Notes under the pieces: generated by a model
Told to the model about the DNA's origin: nothing
Seen by the model: the letters and a program-made list of their open reading frames with translations, nothing else
Database searches by the model: none
Part shown: one piece after another, positions 1 through 5,381 of the stretch
Numbering within the stretch: position 1 is the first letter of the stretch
Layout: each line of letters opens with the position of its first letter
From: a virus
Reading direction: 5' to 3' (one strand)
IMG/VR virus record: IMGVR_UViG_3300027852_000025
Coordinates: 1-39,388 of that record
DNA: 39,388 nt
Made by a program: the position numbers and the translations under genes

Positions 1-127
1 AAAACGCTTATTGCTTTTGGATATTGTAGATAACACTTGACTAATTGCGTATATCGCATTAAGATAAGCACATGAATAACAAACAAACAGCAGGCAAGTC
101 CTGCAAGAAAGCGGGTCTTAGTGGAAT
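1..127. repeat. Terminal direct repeat, left copy (identical to 39262-39388); circular-assembly overlap
   Basis: Bases 1-127 (aaaacgcttattgc...cttagtggaat) recur exactly at 39262-39388. A 50-codon ORF (39142-39294) and the promoter and start of the 72-260 gene run across the junction. Confidence 0.95.
37..65 (+). promoter_or_regulatory. Sigma70-type promoter P1 (TTGACT-N17-TAAGAT) whose predicted start site falls on the ATG at 72
   Basis: TTGACT at 37-42, 17-nt spacer, TAAGAT at 60-65, then 6 nt to the ATG at 72 with no Shine-Dalgarno in between. The spacer carries the dyad TGCG-TATAT-CGCA (46-58). Confidence 0.55.
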
Positions 128-260
128 TATTGAACTAAGCAAGTTAAGCGGTAAACCGCAAAGAACGCTCTATGATTTATTTAATAATAATCGCTTAGAG
201 TTTAATTTGCTGGTTTATGGTGCTGTGCTTAAACGAGCTTATGAGGCGTTAAACGAATGA
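72..260 (+). CDS. Small helix-turn-helix DNA-binding protein (62 aa)
   Basis: ATG ORF directly after P1. The segment IIELSKLSGKPQRTLYDLF looks like an HTH. Its stop overlaps the next start as ATGA. Confidence 0.6.
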   Translation: MNNKQTAGKSCKKAGLSGIIELSKLSGKPQRTLYDLFNNNRLEFNLLVYGAVLKRAYEALNE

Positions 261-673
261 AGCATCTTTACTATGTTCATCCATCGACACTATATGGCGA
301 CATGAGAAATCTAGGCACTGCAATTCGTGAAGAAAGTAAAATACTTGGCAAGCCTATTCAGGTCATGTTTGAGAAGGCCAAGCAGAAAAAGACACTACCA
401 CAAAATAGCTACTTTCATTTACTGGCTAACATGGTGTGCAAGGAAACTGGAGAAGACATAGAAGACTTCAAATACCGGCTTAAATTACAGATAGGGTACT
501 ACGTAGAGGTAATGGTAGAGAACGTGGCTGAGAAGCGCCCTAAATCGCTAAGTAAGGCATCTTTAGAGGACTTAATACTGTTTATTGATGCTGTGATGAC
601 GGTGTGTGATTTGTTAGAGATTAAGTTTATGCTTCCTGATGAGTATTATCGGAAGATTGGCGCAAAACAATAG
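257..673 (+). CDS. NinB/Orf-like recombination mediator (tentative)
   Basis: 138 aa, ATGA-coupled to the upstream gene. KKTLPQNSYFHLLANMV and the C-terminal LEDLILFIDAV...EIKF resemble my recollection of lambda NinB (RSLDQNRKLWACL...; FAELLELIQAF). The size and the nearby NinG fit. Confidence 0.45.
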   Translation: MKHLYYVHPSTLYGDMRNLGTAIREESKILGKPIQVMFEKAKQKKTLPQNSYFHLLANMVCKETGEDIEDFKYRLKLQIGYYVEVMVENVAEKRPKSLSKASLEDLILFIDAVMTVCDLLEIKFMLPDEYYRKIGAKQ

Positions 674-692
674 AGTTATAAGGGTGTAGGTT

Positions 693-881
693 ATGAGAAA
701 GTTTATCAAAGAATTAACGTGTACAAGATGCCATGATGTAAAAGAAACTTTTTCTGAAATTGTTTACAGTCAAGGCGATAGAGTTTGTCTTGATTGTAAA
801 AAAGAAACTCAGGCAGATGATAATAGAGCTTTTGATAGAGATATGGCTCTAAGGGCCTTTAACCCCAACTCACAAGACTAG
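693..881 (+). CDS. Small zinc-ribbon protein (62 aa)
   Basis: ATG preceded by aagggtgtagg. Two CxxC pairs (CTRC, CLDC). Confidence 0.6.
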   Translation: MRKFIKELTCTRCHDVKETFSEIVYSQGDRVCLDCKKETQADDNRAFDRDMALRAFNPNSQD

Positions 882-900
882 ATACTGATTTAAAGAATAA

Positions 901-1062
901 GCGGTCGTGGTGGAATAGGTAGACATATTTTTATGGATATTCTAGTAACAAAAACGTGGTGCGATATAGCTGGCAGAAAATCGAACTTACCAGCTACTAG
1001 ATTAAGTAAAAAGAGCGCATCAGATCAATGCGTTGCAGGTTCGATCCCTGCCGGCCGCACCA
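901..1062 (+). tRNA. tRNA-Leu(UAA)-like gene interrupted by a 68-nt intervening sequence (about 935-1002) in the anticodon loop
   Basis: Acceptor GCGGTCG (901-907) pairs with CGGCCGC (1052-1058). U8/G9 are present. The D arm GUG-GAAUAGGUAGA-CAU nearly matches the E. coli tRNA-Leu D loop. T arm is GCAGG-TTCGATC-CCTGC (1035-1051). A73 and an encoded CCA lie at 1059-1062. Anticodon stem is TTTTT (928-932) with AAAAA (1008-1012). A 6-bp variable-arm hairpin spans 1015-1033. Deleting 935-1002 leaves the loop AUUAAGU. Confidence 0.7.
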
Positions 1063-1085
1063 TATTACTGATTAAAGGTGAAGAT

Positions 1086-1370
1086 ATGAAGGTTTTACAC
1101 CTGACATTAAAAAAGAAGTGGTTTGATATGATCGCTAGTGGTGAAAAACGAGAAGAATATAGAGAAATAAAGCCATATTGGAATAAGCGATTAAATAAGC
1201 AATATGATGTTATTAGCTTTAGAAACGGGTATTCAAAAGATGCACCAAAAATGACAGTTGAGTTAAAAGAAATATCAAGAGGAAAAGGCGTTGTTGTATG
1301 GGGTGCGCCTGTATTTGAACCAGTTTACATATTAAAGCTTGGCAATATTTTAGCCGCACCATATAAATAG
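1086..1370 (+). CDS. ASCH-domain (PUA-like, RNA-binding fold) protein, 94 aa
   Basis: ATG at 1086 preceded by aaaggtgaag. MKVLHLTLKKKWFDMIASGEKREEYREIKPYW is a typical ASCH N-terminus. The track ORF start at 933 lies inside the tRNA and is rejected. Confidence 0.6.
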   Translation: MKVLHLTLKKKWFDMIASGEKREEYREIKPYWNKRLNKQYDVISFRNGYSKDAPKMTVELKEISRGKGVVVWGAPVFEPVYILKLGNILAAPYK

Positions 1371-1380
1371 ATAAGGAATT

Positions 1381-1593
1381 ATGATGAAAGTATTTGAGGT
1401 TATTACAGAGAATAGCGATGAGGATAAAAAAGTAATTCAGACAGTCGAATATGTTACTTCTGAGATTGATTCTATTTTAGATGTTGTTGACTTTTTTACT
1501 GAATATTGCGACCAATACGATATTGACTTAAAAGGAGTAAGAGAAGTTCTCGTTATATCTCAACACTTAAACGGTGATAACAATGACAACTAA
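1381..1593 (+). CDS. Strongly acidic small protein (70 aa), unknown function
   Basis: ATG after aaggaa. About 17 Asp/Glu against 5 Lys/Arg by eye. Confidence 0.6.
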   Translation: MMKVFEVITENSDEDKKVIQTVEYVTSEIDSILDVVDFFTEYCDQYDIDLKGVREVLVISQHLNGDNNDN

Positions 1594-1909
1594 CTTCCAG
1601 CAAGAAGTGAATAAGGGCGCTGTTAAGTGTTCGCGATTAACAGACGATGAATCAACTGATTGGTGCTTGGCTGATGCCACCAGAGAGTCTTTGCGTGAGC
1701 ACATGAAGTTATTGAAAGATGCATATGCAGAGATTGAAAGATTAACCAGTTTACAGATAAACGAAATTGTTATTGGCGATAGGCGCGTACTGAGTAATGA
1801 GTCAGAAGGAACTATTTTAGGCGTTACTGAGTGGGATAACAAAATAAAGGAAGCAGGGCTAACTGGTAGATGGTGTCAAATTATTATAAGGCCAGTAAAT
1901 ACAAAATAG
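1583..1909 (+). CDS. Hypothetical protein (108 aa)
   Basis: The ORF opens with GTG at 1574. The ATG at 1583 is preferred and overlaps the upstream gene by 11 nt. Same strand and operon. Confidence 0.55.
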   Translation: MTTNFQQEVNKGAVKCSRLTDDESTDWCLADATRESLREHMKLLKDAYAEIERLTSLQINEIVIGDRRVLSNESEGTILGVTEWDNKIKEAGLTGRWCQIIIRPVNTK

Positions 1910-1986
1910 GGGTATGTGAAGATGGTAGATATAAAAGAAGTGCTTAATAAATGTGAAGATACTTGCGTGGTCAGTAGGGGAGCAGG

Positions 1987-2568
1987 ATGAGCAAGAAGCC
2001 TATATGCAAGGTATGCAAAAAAGAGTTTGAGAAGTTTAAATCAACTCAGAAAGTATGCAGCCATACTTGCGCCATAGAGCTAGTTAAGCAAAAAAATGAA
2101 CGAGAACTAGCCAAGCACAACAAGACCAAAGAAAAGCTTGATAGAGCTGATATACGTAAGCGTAAAGAGGCATTAAAGAGTAAATCTGACTGGATTAAGG
2201 AAGTCCAGGTAGTGTTTAACCAGTTTATCAGGTTAAGAGATGATAAATTACCTTGTATTAGTTGTGATGATACTCAGTTAGACAAGTTTAAAGGCGGCTC
2301 TTTTGATGCAGGTCATTATCGTAGTCGAGGAGCTTCACCTGAGTTAAGATTTAATGAGGATAATTGTTTTAAACAATGTAAGAAATGTAACCGTCAATTA
2401 TCTGGCAATGTAGCCAATATGAGAATAGGGATATTAAAGCGAATAGGGCAGGCTAGGCTTGATATAGTAGAAGGGCCTCATGATGCTATTAAATATACGA
2501 TAGATGAGCTAAAAGAGCTTAAGGCACGCTATAAACAGAAGATAAAGGAGTTAACAGATGTGCAATAA
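1987..2568 (+). CDS. ninG: NinG/Rap-family recombination endonuclease
   Basis: N-terminal CxxC...C zinc cluster, then LPCISCD...FDAGHYRSRGASPELRFNEDNCFKQCKKCNRQLSGN...RIGQ. This is close to lambda NinG (LPCISCG...WDAGHYRT...[24 protein letters not shown]...RIGQ). Confidence 0.88.
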   Translation: MSKKPICKVCKKEFEKFKSTQKVCSHTCAIELVKQKNERELAKHNKTKEKLDRADIRKRKEALKSKSDWIKEVQVVFNQFIRLRDDKLPCISCDDTQLDKFKGGSFDAGHYRSRGASPELRFNEDNCFKQCKKCNRQLSGNVANMRIGILKRIGQARLDIVEGPHDAIKYTIDELKELKARYKQKIKELTDVQ

Positions 2569-2761
2569 GGTAAGCTACAAAACCAAATCAGACGCTAAAA
2601 AAGATGCTGACTTTATCAAAAAATCATCAAGGACAAGGAGGCGGTTAGGTGGCCGTGATTCAGGAAAAGACATTAAAAGGCTAAAGCCTTATTTGTGTCC
2701 TGTATGTGGAGATTATCATCTAACAACGGCAAAGCAGCATAAATACACTAAAAGTAAATAA
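2558..2761 (+). CDS. Small basic protein with C-terminal CPVCGDYHLT zinc motif
   Basis: ATG preceded by aaaggag with 7-nt spacing. Overlaps ninG by 11 nt. Confidence 0.6.
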   Translation: MCNKVSYKTKSDAKKDADFIKKSSRTRRRLGGRDSGKDIKRLKPYLCPVCGDYHLTTAKQHKYTKSK

Positions 2762-2763
2762 TT

Positions 2764-2913
2764 ATGATTAAACAAATAGTATTAGGCATGTTGTTAGCTT
2801 CCGCTATGTTTGCCACTGGAATTGAAGCTTGCGATTCTGATGATCTTACTGACTACGAAGTATTAGTAGAGATAACACTTGATGGCCCTAGCGGGTGGAA
2901 ATTTAAGAGGTGA
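2764..2913 (+). CDS. Small signal-peptide-bearing protein (49 aa), below the ORF-track cut-off
   Basis: Hand translation: MIKQIVLGMLLASAMFATGIEACDSDD... It fills the gap between two genes exactly. The start is 2 nt after the upstream stop, and the stop lies within the RBS of the next gene. Confidence 0.45.
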   Translation: MIKQIVLGMLLASAMFATGIEACDSDDLTDYEVLVEITLDGPSGWKFKR

Positions 2914-2916
2914 ATT

Positions 2917-3375
2917 ATGGGTAAATATGACGAACCAGAACAAGCAGTAATATTTGATATGGATGGAACATTAGCTGATTGTGAACATAGAAGGCATTTT
3001 GTTGAAGGAAAAAAGAAATACTTTGATAAGTTCTATGACGCAATGGACGAAGATACCACAAATAGCGTTATATGTGGGTTATGCAATATGTATTTTATGA
3101 ACAACTGGCATGTAATTATCTGTACAGGAAGGCCTGAAAGTTATAGGAATATAACCGAAAAATGGCTTAAAGACCATGGTGTATTTTATAAAGAGTTAAT
3201 GATGCGCCCTAATGATCGTAAATATGATCCTGATTTCGAGGTTAAGCAGACAATGCTTGATGAAATATTGAAAGATAGAAAAGTTCATGCAGCTATTGAC
3301 GATAGAAATCAAGTTGTCAATATGTGGCGAAGGAATGGAATTACTTGTATGCAAGTTGCAGATGGTGGTTTTTAA
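2917..3375 (+). CDS. HAD-superfamily phosphatase (polynucleotide 3'-phosphatase / nucleotidase-like)
   Basis: DxDxT motif FDMDGTLAD at the N-terminus, CTGRP (motif II-like), and a late IDDRNQ acidic motif. RBS aagaggtga. Confidence 0.7.
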   Translation: MGKYDEPEQAVIFDMDGTLADCEHRRHFVEGKKKYFDKFYDAMDEDTTNSVICGLCNMYFMNNWHVIICTGRPESYRNITEKWLKDHGVFYKELMMRPNDRKYDPDFEVKQTMLDEILKDRKVHAAIDDRNQVVNMWRRNGITCMQVADGGF

Positions 3376-4049
3376 TGAATTATGAAATTGTAAAAAGCAA
3401 AAAGCTGCTTCTTGACTTTATTGATTGGCTGCCAGAGTTAGAAGATCATGAGATATTCTATCTAGCTTTGTTTGCTAGAAAGAAGTATGCTCCTGACCTT
3501 AAATACTCAAAAACAGATAAAACTCAATTAAAAAGATTTACATCTACAAAAGACAAGCTATTTCATAAAATAAAGCAGCTAGAGTGCGAATTAGGAAGTT
3601 ATTATTTGAAAGGAATGGAGGCACCACAAGAATCACTAGCCTTGTACATTACAGTTAATCCAAGAAGCCAAACGAACGCTTCAAGGAATATGCTTATAAA
3701 ACTAGCTCATTTAGTAGGCGAGCCTTATAACGGTCATAATTTACATCAAATTGCTTTATCTGAGATACAAAAAGCAAAGTCATATACAAGGTATGTGGAT
3801 TTTGATATTGATTCTAAGGAAGAGTCTTTAGAGGATATTAAATTAAAATTAATTGATATTGTAGGCTCGGATTGTTGGAAGATATTAGAAACTAGGGGCG
3901 GTTATCATATTCTTGTAAACCCAAATAATTCTAATAATAAGTTTTGGTATAACAAGATTAAAAGTGCGTTCGTGTGTGACGTTGTTGGCGACAATATGAT
4001 TCCGGTAATAGGATGTACTCAGGGTAATTTTATTCCTAAGTTTGTTTAG
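3375..4049 (+). CDS. Archaeo-eukaryotic primase (AEP)-like protein, candidate phage primase
   Basis: The start at 3375 overlaps the upstream stop as TAATG. Three motifs occur in AEP order: YVDFDID (DxD), ETRGGYHILV (sGxGxH-like), and FVCDVVGD...IPVIGCTQGN. No DnaG-type primase is present elsewhere. Confidence 0.4.
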   Translation: MNYEIVKSKKLLLDFIDWLPELEDHEIFYLALFARKKYAPDLKYSKTDKTQLKRFTSTKDKLFHKIKQLECELGSYYLKGMEAPQESLALYITVNPRSQTNASRNMLIKLAHLVGEPYNGHNLHQIALSEIQKAKSYTRYVDFDIDSKEESLEDIKLKLIDIVGSDCWKILETRGGYHILVNPNNSNNKFWYNKIKSAFVCDVVGDNMIPVIGCTQGNFIPKFV

Positions 4050-4076
4050 TAAGTATATTAAGTGTGGAGAGATAGA

Positions 4077-4385
4077 ATGAGATTAATTACAAGAGAGAGC
4101 AATGCAAACAAAGCTGCTGAAAACTGGAAAAAACAATATAATTATGATGGCGTATGGCCAGATAAGCTTGAAATATTAGATAGACTTGAAAAATTAGGGG
4201 TTAATCCATTTCCTGATGACGTTGACTCAGTAATAGGAAATACATCATGGACAAGGACAATATGCTATGAATGCAGAGCTGAAAATATAGATGTTGTTGA
4301 GATAGGCGAAGATAAAGATTATGAAAGCTATACAACCGAAATATGCAAAGCATGCTTACTTGAGGCGTTACAATTAACTAAATAG
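4077..4385 (+). CDS. Hypothetical protein (102 aa) with CYEC...CKAC cysteine pairs
   Basis: ATG at 4077 lies 5 nt after ggagag. The track start at 4062 is GTG. Confidence 0.55.
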   Translation: MRLITRESNANKAAENWKKQYNYDGVWPDKLEILDRLEKLGVNPFPDDVDSVIGNTSWTRTICYECRAENIDVVEIGEDKDYESYTTEICKACLLEALQLTK

Positions 4386-4542
4386 GTGATATATAAATAC
4401 ATTAGGAGAATTTAAGTGCTTGAAATGTGGGAATGAATTTAAATGTACTCATGGGCCACATGTTGTATGCAATAGATGCGGTCACTTGTATGTGAAATGG
4501 GTAAATTACCAAAAGATGAAGAGAAATAATTTTAGGTGATAT

Positions 4543-4686
4543 ATGAGCGAAGACAAGCCTGAAAAACTCGATGTATGGGGAAGTCATATGTTAAATAAGT
4601 GTAATAAGCGATTGAGAAATCGTAGAAAAAGAGACGCCGGAAAGAAAAGAAGGTTAATTGATAAGGAAAGGGCTAATGAAAAATAA
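4543..4686 (+). CDS. Possible small, highly basic protein (47 aa)
   Basis: Hand translation: MSEDKPEKLDVWGSHMLNKCNKRLRNRRKRDAGKKRRLIDKERANEK. ATG follows aggtga. Below the track cut-off. Confidence 0.3.
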   Translation: MSEDKPEKLDVWGSHMLNKCNKRLRNRRKRDAGKKRRLIDKERANEK

Positions 4687-4745
4687 ACTAAAATACTCTC
4701 CAACTCCAACGTGTATTGTATTTGGTCTGACTTTATTGTTTTGGG

Positions 4746-4982
4746 CTATTTTGGCTTATGGGTTGTTAGGATAATAGAGCGTAGAGTTTTACGTCTTAAA
4801 TCCAATAAAATAACCTTATCCAAAGCTTCACCGCTTAAGCACTCTAAATCTGCCTGAGTTAATGTGTCATGCTCAGGTATTGCAGGAGGCAAAGGTAGCT
4901 CAACAACGATAGGCTTTTTAACCTGTCCGCAGCTAATCACAAAACTTGTAATTGCGATTATTATCAGGGTTCTTATTTTCAT
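4746..4982 (-). CDS. o-spanin (outer-membrane lipoprotein spanin subunit)
   Basis: MKIRTLIIIAITSFVISC has a lipobox-like VISC, followed by the proline-rich LPLPPAIPEH. The start lies inside the 3' end of the i-spanin gene in another frame. The track start at 4988 is TTG, so the ATG at 4982 is preferred. Confidence 0.65.
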   Translation of the reverse strand: MKIRTLIIIAITSFVISCGQVKKPIVVELPLPPAIPEHDTLTQADLECLSGEALDKVILLDLRRKTLRSIILTTHKPK

Positions 4983-5178
4983 TATCAACGCCTCTAACTA
5001 GTGCCTCAGTGGCCTTATTTGAATGCTCTCTAGCGACTTTCTCATCTTCTAGCTCTTGCTCTACTGCTTTTCTCTTCTCGTTCGCTAGAGACGCTTTAAG
5101 GGCTGCTATGATAATTGCCATAATGCCGATAAGCGCACCGCCAAAAGCTAATAATTTGCCCTTCATAAAGGAAAACAT
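4933..5178 (-). CDS. i-spanin (inner-membrane spanin subunit)
   Basis: N-terminal TM (LLAFGGALIGIMAIIIAAL) followed by a charged helical region. Lies directly after the holin and overlaps the o-spanin start by about 50 nt. Confidence 0.6.
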   Translation of the reverse strand: MFSFMKGKLLAFGGALIGIMAIIIAALKASLANEKRKAVEQELEDEKVAREHSNKATEALVRGVDNENKNPDNNRNYKFCD

Positions 5179-5376
5179 TTACTTTTCTCCCACTGGGCCT
5201 TTAGTGGCGTTTCTCAGCAATACCATGACTACAGATATTCCCATAAACACTATGCCGTAATATCCGTCTAATTGGTCTTTAACCATAGGCAAAGTTTGCT
5301 CAACAACGCCTAATACAGCAATAATCGCTGCTGTGTCAAATGTACGTGACTTACTTATTAATCCATTATATTTCAT
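5179..5376 (-). CDS. Holin candidate (65 aa, two predicted TM segments)
   Basis: Hydrophobic stretches AAIIAVLGVV and YYGIVFMGISVVMVLL with a charged C-terminus. Abuts the spanin pair. Confidence 0.55.
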   Translation of the reverse strand: MKYNGLISKSRTFDTAAIIAVLGVVEQTLPMVKDQLDGYYGIVFMGISVVMVLLRNATKGPVGEK

Positions 5377-5381
5377 AATAT

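Noticed and set aside
1-127. Genuine T7-like direct terminal repeats / physical genome ends
   Set aside because: The repeat cuts through ORFs on both sides, has a typical assembler-overlap length, and the packaging genes look headful-type. It cannot be excluded without the reads.
935-1002. Group I (or group II) self-splicing intron in the tRNA
   Set aside because: 68 nt is far below the size needed for the P3-P9 catalytic core of a group I intron or for a group II ribozyme. No P7-like G-binding helix or internal guide could be drawn by eye. The insert is therefore reported as of unknown type.
933-1085. N-terminal extension of the ASCH ORF (track ORF 933-1370)
   Set aside because: This segment overlaps the tRNA insert, variable arm, T arm and CCA. 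The internal Met at 1086 has a proper RBS (aaaggtg) and begins the recognisable ASCH domain. The open frame is recorded as a curiosity only.
1567-1842. 91-aa minus-strand ORF in the rightward block
   Set aside because: It lies opposite two coupled + strand genes, has no RBS and has hydrophobic low-complexity composition.
3324-3374. Upstream extension of the AEP-like ORF
   Set aside because: The extension lies inside the HAD phosphatase gene. The ATG at 3375 forms a TAATG overlap with that gene's stop, the pattern seen throughout this genome.
4402-4587. 61-aa minus-strand ORF in the 4386-4745 gap
   Set aside because: The sequence is hydrophobic and not protein-like. The + strand here gives a zinc-ribbon frame and a basic ORF with an RBS, which are more plausible though still weak.
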